A stretch of 63,536 bases of DNA, filler included, from Olpidium bornovanus S191 (Eukaryota > Fungi > Olpidiomycota), in the NCBI GenBank assembly GCA_017911155.1. It is 26 parts of 26 records of this genome, joined end to end, with 100 filler letters (N's around TTAATTAATTAA, not from the genome) between each part and the next. Parts side by side here need not be neighbours in the genome. Positions count along the whole stretch, not along the records: positions 47,834 to 52,602 come from JAEFCI010005484.1; positions 52,703 to 54,899 come from JAEFCI010000247.1; positions 55,000 to 56,833 come from JAEFCI010007690.1; positions 56,934 to 58,020 come from JAEFCI010013144.1; positions 58,121 to 59,477 come from JAEFCI010003002.1; 21 more parts are not named here. The stretch is one strand, 5' to 3'. Each line of letters starts with the position of its first letter. The first letter of the stretch is position 1. The translations under genes were made by a program, and so were the position numbers. This document shows positions 48,020 to 59,365 of this stretch, in pieces. The notes under the pieces are model-generated. The model had not been told where the DNA came from. It saw nothing but the letters and a program-made list of their open reading frames with translations, and did no database searches.

Positions 48020-49165
48020 AATTCCAAACTCGGTGAGCTGCGGGGGCCCCTTCACAAGTGCTACGAAGATCTCCTTCTCCGCTTCGCTCCTGTCATGCCG
48101 GACAAGCTGCCGCCGGTGGCACAGCTGTCCTCGACTGCCGAGCACAGAATCAACTTAGAACCTGACACCAAGACTAAGTCTTTCCCGTTGTACCACCTCT
48201 CCGAGCTGGAACCCGGGAAGATGAGGCAACAACTGACCAAACTTTTGCCCGCCGGGCACATACGTTACAGCAAGTCTTTGTGGGGGGCACCCGTCCTCTT
48301 TGTTTGCAAGGCTAATGGCAAGCTCCGCATGTGCATGGACTTTCATTACCTCAACAAGGCAACCGTCAAGGACGCAACCCCCCTCTGAAGGATCGACGAA
48401 ATTTGCCAGTGCCTTCGCGGCACGGTGTCGGAGGGCAATGTGCTCTCCCTTGGCTGTGCCCCCTCGTTTTGCGCCCCCCCCCCCCCCCATAATAGCCTGA
48501 CTTGCGCATAATCCGCCCCCCCCCTAGCTACTTGCAACTTCCGGATAGCGAAAATAACAAAAACATACCGCCTGTGCGCATTTTTCCTGGAGGACGGCTT
48601 GCAACTGCGACTCCCACGGCGGAGGGCGGCAGCTCCTTGGGTCCGGTAAGGGTAAGAACGTGAGAGGCGGAGCAAGCTGAGCTCCCTTTGGAGGGTCCTT
48701 CGAGCACCCCTTCCGAGGTCCCTCCTAATGCTCCTCGGCACGGACGTAGACGGCGACGGGAGAGGCCAGCTGACACTGCAGGACGCCTTGCAACAAGAGC
48801 CTCCGCTGTCCTGTTTTCCTCCTCCTTTTTCTCGAGGTTGGGCTGTTTTAGACCGACAGCGGCGCGTTTCTCGGCATTCGACCTGATGTCTGGCTACCAT
48901 CAGCTCAGGATCCGAGCAGAGGGTGTCTCAGAAACAACCTTCAACACCTGCTACGGTCACTTCCAGTGGGTGGTGATGCTGCTCGGCCTCTGCAACGCTC
49001 CGGCAAACTTCCAGTGCTGGATCACTCAGATCCTAAGGGACTTGTTGGATACGTGTGTGATTGCCTACCTCGACAGCATCCTCATCTATTTCAAGGATGA
49101 GGGTGAACATCTCCGGCACCTGGAACTCATTCTGTCGCACCTCCGGAACGCGGGCGCCGTCCTCA
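48020..49165 (+). mobile_element. Decayed Ty3/Gypsy reverse transcriptase, split by an insertion
   Basis: EHRINLEP...SKSLWGAPVLFVCKANGKLRMCMDFHYLNKATVKDATPL*RIDE, insertion, then FSAFDLMSGYHQLRI...TTF...GHFQWVVMLLGLCNAPANFQ...IAYLDSILIY (YLDD decayed to YLDS). Confidence 0.92.
48426..48858. mobile_element. 433-bp probable solo LTR inserted in the Gypsy RT
   Basis: Termini TGTCGG...CCGACA, flanked by ACGG (48422-48425) and GCGG (48859-48862). Removing it restores the frame CLRGAARFSAFDL. Confidence 0.85.
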
Positions 49166-49791
49166 ACCACCGCCATGCTGCGCCACCGCCCTTTCTTCCG
49201 GCGCGCAGGGGAGGGCGGAGGAGAGAAAAAGCGGCGGCAGGCGCGCGTGCCGGAGGGGAGGAATAGGAGAACGCGGGCACCGCCCAGAAATTACCGTCCG
49301 ACACCCCATGTATGCACCCGCCCCCCTCCCCTTCCCCCTCCCCCCAGTGTATGTACTTACGTACTTTACCCAGGCGGGCCCCTCTGCTCCCCTATCCCCG
49401 TCCGCCCGCAACTCCTTTTTTTTTTCTTATTTTCTTTCTTTTTTCGGCTTCGGTTGTCTGGCGCGCACGCGCGTTTGTCGCGCCTCTTCGCGCCGCCGGT
49501 GCGAACGAGTATCCTTTTTCCCCCTCGCGGGCGCCCGCGCGCCCCCGCCCCGCTTCTCTCCCCGAGCGCCCGCCGCGACGCGCGCTCGCGCGGAGGAGAG
49601 GTCGCTCGCGGCGAAGGAAGGGGAGGAGGCGGAGAGAGCGGGATAGAGAGAGACGAGAGAGAGAACGCGGCATCGGAGCCGCGGGGCGAAAGAGAGAAGC
49701 CCGAGGGTGGCGAGCCGGGCGCCGGTGGCTGCCCCGCTTGACCACGGCTAAAAAAAAAAAGTTCCCGTCTTCGACGCCGCCGCTGAGCCCC

Positions 49792-52182
49792 ATGGCCGCC
49801 GCGAACGTCCCCGCAGCGCTGACCAGCCTGACCGCCGCGGTCGCCGGCCTGCCCGTCTCGACCCCGCCCGCCCTTTTCCCGGCGGCGATAACGAGCGGCC
49901 CGCCTTTCGACGTGACCGCCGCGCAACCGAGGCCGACCGACCCAGCGGACGGCCCGCGGAAGAAGCCGAAGAAGACTACCGATTTGCCGCCGTCGCCCCA
50001 GAGCACCACCGCGGCAGAGACCGGAAGCCAGAGCGCGCCGCCCCCGCGGCCGACGGACAAGCCGGCGGCGTCGCCGACCGCCCCCGCCGTCGCCCCCGCC
50101 GTCGCCCCGGGCGGCCCGAGCGCGGACGAGCCCGGCGCCGTGTCGCCCGCGCTAGTCTTCGGGCTCCTGATTTCGATCATGGTGTTGATATCGGTGACGG
50201 GCGTGTGCCTGCACCGGCACAGGCGGCGCCGCCAGGAGCGGAAGCTGAACGAGGAGCGCCGCCTGCGCTTCCTGGACGAATGCGACGCCGACGGACTGCG
50301 GGGTTCCCTCATGCGCGTCGGGAACGGAACCGGGGGCGGAATCTCTTCCGTGGCGGCACCGAGGAGGAGCGGGATCTGCAGGCAGACGAACCCGTATCCG
50401 TACAGCCAGTGGCACCCGTCGTTGCCGTCCCTACCGGTCAGTCGACAGCAGTCCTGGAGCACCGCGACCGGGACGGCGACGATATCAGGCCACGAACCGG
50501 AAAAGGACGACGCGTTGCTTCCCCGGGTAGCAAAGTCCGCGATCGGCCCGTGGGGGCCCGGCGCCCCCAGGACCTGCTGCGTCCCGGCGTCAGGTCTCCT
50601 CGCCGCACCTGTCGCCCCGGGCGTCCACCACCACTACCGGAGTTCGGACAGCCGGTTCTCGCGCGCGTCGGTCACCCTGCCGGATTCGGACGCGGGCGGC
50701 GCGCCGCCTCTGCCGGCTGTCGTCTACAACGGCAAGGACGGCTGCACGGCGGTGCACGTGTACGCGCCGGAGCCGGACCCCGTGGCCGCCACATTCGCGC
50801 TGCCGGCCGACGCCATCGGCACTTGGGACGGCCAGGCGCCGCCCGGCGGGTGCTACGACGAGCCCGGCACGGCGCTCGAAGGTTACGCCGAAAAAGTGTT
50901 TACGGAGGCGGACAGGGCCGAAGCCCTCGAGTGCGTGAGCCGCGCCCAGAGGAGGATCACCCGGCCGAGCGGCGCCGGGGCCGCCCGCGACGGCGAGACG
51001 GGCGCGTTCCGCTCCGCCTCCTACCCCGTGTCCGTGCCGTGCAGCCCGTCCGCCGCCGTCAAGTTCTCCTCTTCGGCGGCCCCCGCGGAGCACTGTAGGG
51101 GACGCCGCAGGCGGCGACTTTCCCGAAGGGCTACCGGGGCTAACGTGGCCGGAGATCGCCGCCGATCAGCCGAGGTCTCCGAGCCGAGGTGGAGGCGAGG
51201 TGGAGGTCTCCGCCAATCTCTACCGAGCTCCTGGTCCCGGGAGGAAAAGGAAGGCGGCGGATCAAAAGGATCCGCCAGCGCGGTTGCCTGCGCCGCCGAG
51301 CCTGACGGTTGCGGCTGCAACGCGCCGAGCTACGCCGACTACGAATGCAGCTGCAGCTGCGCGGGCGACAGCGAGACCGAGGATGACGGTCTGACGCCCG
51401 CAGCGTCCCGGAGCGGACGAAGCGGCGAGGTCGACGGCGGCCACACTACGCCGCTCCGGAGCCCGGGCGTCCAGGACCCGCCCGGCGTAATCTCGCCGAT
51501 GGACATCCTCGGAACGACTTTCCCGGCCGGCGCGCAGCCGCCGCGGCCGTCCGGCGGTAGCAAACAACGCCGGTCCGCCGACGGACGGACGGGGCCGGCC
51601 GGCGCACCCCGCGAATCGGACAAAGCTTCCCGACGAAAAGAGGCCGGCTCGGAACCAGAAACCGGCAAGAGGACGGGCTCGCCTTCCCCCTCCTCCTCCC
51701 CCTCCTTTTTCTCCTCTTCCACTTCGTCCTCCCCCTCCCGCCGCCGCCGGCCTCTGCGGGAGAGCGCCGGGCCGCAGGAAATTTTCTTTGGCTGCCCGAG
51801 GCGCACGCGCTTCTTGCCGGAGGAACCGCACCTGCTGCAGGCGGGCCAGACGACGACTGCCCCGCTGTCCCGGCGCTCTTCGGGCTCCCCGCCGTCACCC
51901 GAGCAGCGGCGTTCTGCGGTGCCGGCACGCGGCGAACTCCCGGCCGCTTCCCGCGCGCCGGTCGCCCTTGGTGGCGGGTGGAGCAACGCCTACGGCGAGG
52001 GCTCGCAGACGGGCGGCCGGCATTTAGCCACCGCGATTCCGCCGCCGGCGACGGCGGTGGTAGACGGCGGTCAACCGCAGGGGCGGAGCCAGCGGCAGCA
52101 ACAGGAGGCGGACAACGGGCGCATGTCGAGAAATCTGGGGATATTAATAATGCTCCGCGCGAGCGACGACGACAACAACTAG
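49792..52182 (+). CDS. Intronless single-pass membrane protein: P/T/A-rich N-terminus, one TM helix, long disordered tail
   Basis: ATG at 49792 opens 796 codons. TM helix ALVFGLLISIMVLISVTGVCL is followed by HRHRRRRQERK. No family recognised. Confidence 0.7.
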   Translation: MAAANVPAALTSLTAAVAGLPVSTPPALFPAAITSGPPFDVTAAQPRPTDPADGPRKKPKKTTDLPPSPQSTTAAETGSQSAPPPRPTDKPAASPTAPAVAPAVAPGGPSADEPGAVSPALVFGLLISIMVLISVTGVCLHRHRRRRQERKLNEERRLRFLDECDADGLRGSLMRVGNGTGGGISSVAAPRRSGICRQTNPYPYSQWHPSLPSLPVSRQQSWSTATGTATISGHEPEKDDALLPRVAKSAIGPWGPGAPRTCCVPASGLLAAPVAPGVHHHYRSSDSRFSRASVTLPDSDAGGAPPLPAVVYNGKDGCTAVHVYAPEPDPVAATFALPADAIGTWDGQAPPGGCYDEPGTALEGYAEKVFTEADRAEALECVSRAQRRITRPSGAGAARDGETGAFRSASYPVSVPCSPSAAVKFSSSAAPAEHCRGRRRRRLSRRATGANVAGDRRRSAEVSEPRWRRGGGLRQSLPSSWSREEKEGGGSKGSASAVACAAEPDGCGCNAPSYADYECSCSCAGDSETEDDGLTPAASRSGRSGEVDGGHTTPLRSPGVQDPPGVISPMDILGTTFPAGAQPPRPSGGSKQRRSADGRTGPAGAPRESDKASRRKEAGSEPETGKRTGSPSPSSSPSFFSSSTSSSPSRRRRPLRESAGPQEIFFGCPRRTRFLPEEPHLLQAGQTTTAPLSRRSSGSPPSPEQRRSAVPARGELPAASRAPVALGGGWSNAYGEGSQTGGRHLATAIPPPATAVVDGGQPQGRSQRQQQEADNGRMSRNLGILIMLRASDDDNN

Positions 52183-52702
52183 GAGGCCTGCGCGCCGCGT
52201 CGAACATTCCAGAGGCGCGCTCTGGTTTCCTCTGGACCACCCCGGTGACACACCCTGCCGTGCCTTCCCCACCTAATTCCACGCCTTGTCCGCGTTTCCG
52301 CGGTGGCCTGCGGATTCGCGGCCTCAACCCCACCTTCACCCCGCCCCGTAATATTATGGCTGGCTCCGTTCCCCCCCCCCCCCCTTCCTCCTTCCTTTCT
52401 CCTTTCCGCAGCACTGTCACTTTTGCAACACAGGGCAATCGGTTTTTTTTATTGAAGAAACCACTGATCGAAATCAGCAAATCTCCGGCAATAATTCTCC
52501 CTGGGGGCTGTTACTTTTTTACGTTTATTTTTTAATTTTCTTATTCTTACCTGGCGGCGATTCCGCGCCTTTCTGGTTGGCTCGATTGGCCTTTTTTCAT
52601 GCNNNNNNNNNNNNNNNNNNNNNNNNNNNNNNNNNNNNNNNNNNNNTTAATTAATTAANNNNNNNNNNNNNNNNNNNNNNNNNNNNNNNNNNNNNNNNNN
52701 NN

Positions 52703-53621
52703 CATGAAAAACGAGGGGTCGATCGGAGGAAGCCTGATCCCTGTAAGTTTCACGAGTTTGAGATATACGCCGCCAAGGACAAACACATTAACCTACAGGA
52801 AAGAAAGCGGGCGGTGAGCATCACGGAAATCGCCGCTGAAAAGCGCTACCCCCGGAAAACGACGGTACGCACACGAAGAAGTTCCGAAAAGTCGATAAGC
52901 ATCTTATTGCCGCCCTCCTGGCGGCAGGCGGCGTACAGGCAAGCTGCCGCAACGTGCTCGGTGGAGCGCCCCTTTGTAAACCTGCTCGCCAGCGCCAGGT
53001 TGTAGTATCTCATGCCGGCGTCGGTGTAGCGCTCAGTTAGGTTCAGGCCGTTCGCAAAGCGAATGATGTAGCTCCGACCTGCAACAGCAGACACTTCTCA
53101 ACGACCAAGCACAGGGCCAACCTGCGGTCGCATAAAAAGGGAAATTCCCAACGCTCCGGCTTTACCGTTCTGAGCAGACTGCTCGTTTGCGTTTCCTACT
53201 TGCTGCCGACGGCCACCAGGCCCAACAACGGCGACACCGACTGACGCAGAGAAAAAAAGCGCCACTCGTCAGGCATGCGGCCATAAAGAACGACCCGAAA
53301 TTCAAAGTCCTTCGCACGGAGGCAATACGCGGCGGAGCCCGAGGCCACTCACACTTATTGGCTCCGACATGGCTGCCAAACACGGTCGCCTGCCCGCTGG
53401 CGCTTTCACCAAAAGTAACGTCGTTTACCACGGCGTTTTCCTCGAGGACCTTTAAAAGCAAACCGGGCGTTCGATGACTCGGGAACGCGAAGGCCCCCAC
53501 CCCCCGGCTGAAGGCACCCAGGCGTTAGGCGGAAACTTACAAGGCCGCAGTCTCGACAAAAGGAGTTGCCTTCGGCCGGGTTGTACTCCACCTCGCTACC
53601 TTGGCAAGCCGGACACGGCAT
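52703..53621 (-). CDS. BRF1: RNA polymerase III initiation factor TFIIIB Brf1, 5' exons
   Basis: Zn ribbon MPCPACQ...GNSFCRDCGL|VLEENAVVNDVTFGES; YYNLALASRFTKGRSTEHVAAACLYAACR...MLIDFSELL|VNVFVLGGVYLKL...IDPSFFM. Confidence 0.96.
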
Positions 53622-55001
53622 GGTTCCCGGACGTTCCTGGGTGAGGGGAGGGAAAAGGGGGGAGTAGGGGTGCAAAAAGGGAAGAGCCAAAAACGTGAGT
53701 GTTTCGGCAGCAGGCCCTTTGCTCCCGGACGTTCCCGACCGGCTCTCTCCGGCCTTCGGGGCGCAATCCGCGTCGCGCAAAACGTACGCCTGCCGACCAG
53801 CCACCTCGCAGACGCAGTCGAGGTTCTGACACAGGGCGGGGGAAGGTACACGCCCCGTACGCCGGCGCTGCTGCCGCCTCCCGTCCGGCACACGCTTCCC
53901 ACCTCCTTCTCCCCCCGTCCCCCCCCGGAACCTCGCGTCGCCACGTCGTCGGGCACACAGAAGCGCAAGCCCTAGAGGTCCGCCTTCCCCTTTTGCTTAC
54001 CCGTCACACAGGTCAAAGTGCTCGGCGATGGCAGAAGGGCGGGTCGTGCGTCCGGCGACGGCCGAAAAATAAGGGGTGACGACCGGGCTCGTCCCAGCGG
54101 GTTGCCGGAGCTGACTTGTGCGACCGTTGCAGGGCGGGGGGGGGGGGGGGGGGCGCGGGGGGGGGGGGGGGGGGGGGGGGAGGACCCGGAAGGGCGTCCT
54201 TCGCCGGTACGGAAAGTCGAGGTCTGTTTCTGGCTCAGCACCGCCGCTTCTCTACGTTCTCCTCGTCGTCCTCGTTGTTGTTTTATTGTTGTTGGGGTAT
54301 GTCAAACCCTTTTTTCTTTTTTCTTTTTTTTTTCTATAAATTTCCCCCCCCCACCGTTTTCCTGTGCGCGTTTCCGCGGGTCCCAGCGTTGGTCAGTCAG
54401 GCGCGCGCGTTTTCTCGGCGCGAAAAAAAAAATAACCAGAAAGGAAAAAAAAAAAAAACCCCCACCCCCTGAGAAAAACAAAAAAAAACCACAGGCGGCC
54501 GACGCCTGCCTTGCCCCGCCTGCCAAAACAAGGCGGCGTGAGGTGCGAAGGATGCCGCCTCTGTAGGAGATGGTCGGAATTGTAGCCCGCGCGCAGCCGT
54601 TTGGCGCCTTCGTTGTATTTGGTAGAAAAGGAGGAGAAGGCGGGTTCTCGTTTGGAACTGCACGCTGCGCTGCGCTTCATGTTGGCAATAAAGTGGTAAA
54701 AAACGGGGAAGGCTGAGCCGCGGACGCACTGCGCGCGCCAGCCCCTGTTGCCCCTTTGTAGAGCCATTAGTTACCGGCCATGTAAAATAGGTTTAGAACG
54801 GATAGCAACGCAATGCCCTGAATACAGTTCTCTTTCGCTCTTCTCCTCAGGGGCTAACTAAGGCTTCGCCTGCAGGTTCTCCTGGTTCTCCTTCCGGCAN
54901 NNNNNNNNNNNNNNNNNNNNNNNNNNNNNNNNNNNNNNNNNNNTTAATTAATTAANNNNNNNNNNNNNNNNNNNNNNNNNNNNNNNNNNNNNNNNNNNNA
55001 T

Positions 55002-55081
<80 letters not shown>

Positions 55082-55198
55082 CTTTTTTTTTTGCTTTTTT
55101 TTTGTTTCTTTCTTTTCTTCTTTTTTTCCCCCCCACTCGCCCGCGCCAATATTGACGCCTTCCTCCCGAACCATTTTTTTTGATTTTCGCGGACAAAG

Positions 55199-56174
55199 AT
55201 CCACACCTTCGACTGCACCGGCGCGTGGAGCCACAATTCCACTATATTCCATCCCTGGTGCATCTCCGGCGAGGACAAAATTGAGTACGGCAGGAGGTAC
55301 ATGCGCATGTCGAGCATCGTGAAGGAGCTCGGAATAACAGGTATTTCCGTGCTCAAAATCGACGTCGAAAAGTAAGTGGTATTGTTTTTTTTTCGTTGTT
55401 TCTTTTCCTCGTTACGATTTTGCGTATCTCGACGCGCCAAAAAATAAAGCCACCAAAGCACGCGGCGTCCCGTTTTCCGCACTCAACGTTAAAACGTCGT
55501 TTCTCGCCCGTCCGCTTTTTTTTTTTTGCACGAACCAACCGCCGGCTTTCCCACACGCTTTCCCCGCTTACTTCTCCCACGTTTCAGCTTCGAGTGGCCC
55601 TTCTTCGTCGACCTCGAGACACAGGACCCGCTCAGCCGCCCGATTCAAGTCCTAGTCGAGTTTCACGCTGGATGCGGGAGCGCCCCGCAAAACGAACCTT
55701 TCAACCTGGCCCCCTCGATTTTCGCAGACTGGGGAATGAACTGGGCACGTCCCGTTTTGAATATGATGCGGTTGATCAAGAGACTTGGATACAGGATCGC
55801 GTTCCAAGTGCGTTTTTTTGTTTTCTTTCTCTTTTTTTATTCTTTTTTATTTTGTTTGCGCGCGCCGTGTCGGTGGCTGTTTGCCTGCCGGTTAGGTCCG
55901 CGGAACTTTCGGATTCTGACGATTGCGGAATACGCGAATTCCTAAAATCGAACGGGTGGGGGGGTCTTGCACGCTACACAGGACAGGTGAGGCGATTTTT
56001 GCTTTCGCCCGCATCATATTCGGCAGAAAGACGGGAAGGGCCTTATCCTGAACCGTACTTGTTCCTCTTTTTTTTCTTTTTTTTTGTTTTGCTTGCCCGC
56101 GAGGGCATTCAAACAGGAACCCCCTTGCGGAGTGCGCGTCCGAGTTCGTGTTGATCCACCAGAGGGGATTTTAG
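55199..56174 (+). CDS. Methyltransf_22/FkbM-like SAM-dependent methyltransferase, 3' exons
   Basis: IHTFDCT...FHPWCI...SSIVKELGITGISVLKIDVE|xFEWP...PIQVLVEFH...LGYRIAFQ...RNPLAECASEFVLI. Confidence 0.75.
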
Positions 56175-57163
56175 CAGTGTGTGTGCGTGTGTATGTAGGA
56201 GTGGGGGGCGCAGTAGTTTATTGCCTGGAACGGCGACGAAAGCGGAAGAAAACGCGCAATGTCTATTTTTGTTTTTTCTTTAAAATATACACCTAAAAGA
56301 CGGCCGACCCCTGCCGGAGGTCAAACTGCGCACTGCCACATTGCCGAGCACAGCACTCTGTTATTCCACAATTGTCTCGTGCGGACCTCAAATACTTCCC
56401 TCCATATTCGCTAACGCTCGGAGTCTCAATTGTAGAAATCTCGTTACCAAAACCTCGTCCTTCCCTCGCCCACTTTGGGCCGAATCTGTTTTCGCTTATA
56501 TTCACATCCCCTGCCCCCTTTCTGGTGTGGGTTGGGTGGCGCAAGCGCGGTGCTGAACGGAGGACGACACACCGCAGTCATAGCACGCCAGGAGCCCTTT
56601 AAACGTCCGGGCGGGAGAGAATGATGGAGCATATGCTTACTACGTCACGGCTGAGAAAGGACAGACCCCGACGCCGGGCGCCACAACGACCGGCGCCCCG
56701 GAGCAAGTCCAGAGACTCCGCTTTCTCACAAAACTCCAGGACGTCGAGACTGCCAACGAACTTTCAAGGGATTGCGGACTCCGTCCTGTTCCAAAGGTGG
56801 AAGGCGAGACGGGAGACAGAGAGTCAGACCATGNNNNNNNNNNNNNNNNNNNNNNNNNNNNNNNNNNNNNNNNNNNNTTAATTAATTAANNNNNNNNNNN
56901 NNNNNNNNNNNNNNNNNNNNNNNNNNNNNNNNNCAGAGGGAGAAAAGGAAGGAAAGGAAGGGACAAAAAAAAAGATGGCAGCCGCCGCACTTTCGTCCGC
57001 TGTTGCTTCGGCCATCGTGGCCGTCCGCGAGTACTGGCACGTCCCCGAAGCATGGCATAACGACAACACGCGCCGTGGTCTGCGCGTCAAACTTGAGGTG
57101 CGGGCAGAGGCTGGACAAATTCACGGGCATCGCCACACGCAGTGCCACACAAAGCGGAAGCAT

Positions 57164-57477
57164 GGAAGACCGAAGGCAGCTCTCCCGGGGTACGTGTGGG
57201 CGCGGGTCTCTGACGGCTGGCCACCGGAGCAGAGGTCCCAAACCCACAGCATTATCCAGGGGCCGCCAGGCGTCCTTCTCGCGGAGGCTTCTTGTAGGCG
57301 CGGCTGTGTGCGCAGTCGTGTGCGCAGGCTGTGGATGGGGTGAATGCTCGGAGGACCGAAGGTGGCTCTCCCGGGGTGCGTGCGGGCGCAGGTCTCTGAC
57401 TGTTGGCCACCGGAGCAGAGGTCCCAAACTCGCAGTATCATCCGGGGGCCGCTAAATGCCCTTCCCGCCGAAGCTTC
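57164..57477. repeat. Two ~128-bp diverged direct repeats, 186-bp period
   Basis: GACCGAAGG...GGTCTCTGAC...GGCCACCGGAGCAGAGGTCCCAAAC...GCTTC at 57164-57291 and 57350-57477. Confidence 0.9.
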
Positions 57478-58120
57478 CACCCGAGGCCTTTTGGGTTATT
57501 TAATCTGCGCGGTCTCGGACAACCATGCCTGATGTATTTCCCGATTTCCGTCTTTTCGCGCCCCGGGGCAGATCTTGGTCAACCTCCTCGACAAGGTGAC
57601 GGTGCCGGGGGGTTGGAGGTGTTGCTTGCCGACCGGGAGAGCCTGCAGAAATGGTGCCAACACACGTTATCCTGGCCTGAGGAGACATGCGTGTGGGACC
57701 GTTACGGGGCCCTCCTCGGAGGTCGGGAGCTCCGCTACCCTCGTGTGCGAGAAGCTTGGGGACGTCGAGCCAAGCCTGGGTGCCCGCGGGCCATGGCGCG
57801 TCGCCAGGGAGCTCTGGTCTGCCTCAATCTTCCGCATCAACCGGAGCTGTGCGCCCGGTGCCTGGGGAAGTTCATGTCAAGCCTTCCGTGCGAGAAGGTG
57901 CCCGCGACCTCAGAATGCGTCTCCCTGTCGTGCCTGCGGGAGATCGATCCGGAGCGCAAGATTTAGGAATGCTGGATCTTTGATGCGGACACCATGGCCG
58001 TCGCCGGGGGCTTCCGGCGGNNNNNNNNNNNNNNNNNNNNNNNNNNNNNNNNNNNNNNNNNNNNTTAATTAATTAANNNNNNNNNNNNNNNNNNNNNNNN
58101 NNNNNNNNNNNNNNNNNNNN

Positions 58121-58197
58121 GCCTGTAGTCCGGAATGTTGAACTTCTGGATCTCCTGCACGTAGTGGTACGCCCGCGGGGTGTACATCCGTTTTATG
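58121..58197 (-). CDS. DRS2: Single exon of a P4-ATPase (Drs2/ATP8A) C-terminal tail
   Basis: Long polypyrimidine tract plus CAG, then IKRMYTPRAYHYVQEIQKFNIPDYR, matching the Drs2 tail KRMYxPxxYHxxQExQKYNIxDxRP. Confidence 0.75.
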
Positions 58198-58592
58198 CTG
58201 GGGGAGGAGGGAGGGGAAACGGGGGAAGAGCGGGAGAAAAGGAAAAAAAAAAAAAATAAAATAAAATAAACCAAAAAAGGCATAAAAAAAATTCCGGGAC
58301 CGCAATACGTTTTATCGCCCGCTTTTCATTTGCGCCCCGCGAGTGCCGCGTGGCGCGCGCCCGCGTCAGAACCCTCCCCGCAAAACACTCAACCCACCTC
58401 CCCCGCATCCCTCCCCCCTTACGCGCGCGTACCACATGCACACACCCCCCTCCAGTCCGCTCGCTCCGCCGGAAACGGCCAAAACTAAGCGGCCCCCGTC
58501 GAACTTATCCGCTGTGTTTTTGCCCGCCGTTTCCTCACGAGCTCGCGAAAGGGGAGAGGCCTAAAATTCCACCCCGCGCCCTCCCTGGCCGA

Positions 58593-59365
58593 ATGGACGA
58601 TGAATACCTTGCGTTCGACGCCTACCGGGAGACTGCTCAGTGGCCTGCCGGGGACCAGGCCGACGACGACGTCGTCGACGGCGACTGCTTCCTCGCGATG
58701 GGGTACCCGGAGAGCGACGGTTTCTTTGACGAGCCGAGGTCGCCGATAGCCCTTCCCTTCGACCGCCCGCCTGGGCCCGAGAGGCCCTGCCTGCCCGCGG
58801 ACGCCGCCCGGGCGCCGCCCCGCGGATCTGGCGACCTCGCGGCTTCCCGCCTGCCGCCGGCGGCGCCGGTGATCCCGTTTTCCCCGTGGCAACAACGGCC
58901 CCCCCCCCCTCCGACGGTCCGCGGGAACCGGGACGCTTTCCCCGGGTTTGCGGCGCGGGCCCCGCCGGCCGGCGGCCTGGCCGCGGACCCGCATCTCGTC
59001 AGCCTCCCGGGCGGCGCCCGCGCCCCCCCCTGGCCGGATCACCGCGCCGTTCCGCCCGATCACGCCGCCGCGCCGCCCGACGCGCGGCCGTTCGAGGCGT
59101 TCGTGCCGGCCGCCGGCGAAAGAGCGCGAACCCCCAGGCGGGCGTCCGCCGCGCTGTCGTCCTCTTTCTCCTCGTCCACGACGGTCGGCGGCGTCGACGC
59201 CGCCGGCGACCGCCGCTCCCGGAGAAATTTCGGGACCGTAAACCGGACGATGTCCATGCGCGGCAGCAGGGCCCGGGTCTCCAAAGTGCGCGTCGTGAAC
59301 AAGGCCGACTCCAAAAGCTACTTCTCCGTCGAGAGGACGATGTACCAATGGATTTACATGTTTTT
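58593..59365 (+). CDS. DUF202 (Vtc1-like) protein with a long disordered N-terminus; 3' end missing
   Basis: ATG at 58593; frame ends in NKADSKSYFSVERTMYQWIYM, resembling the DUF202 motif EPKxFFANERTFLxW. Confidence 0.55.

Noticed and set aside
49392-52480. Many long overlapping Arg/Ala/Gly/Pro-rich ORFs here and throughout the window
   Set aside because: Expected shadow frames in very GC-rich coding DNA and homopolymer tracts; no independent motifs.
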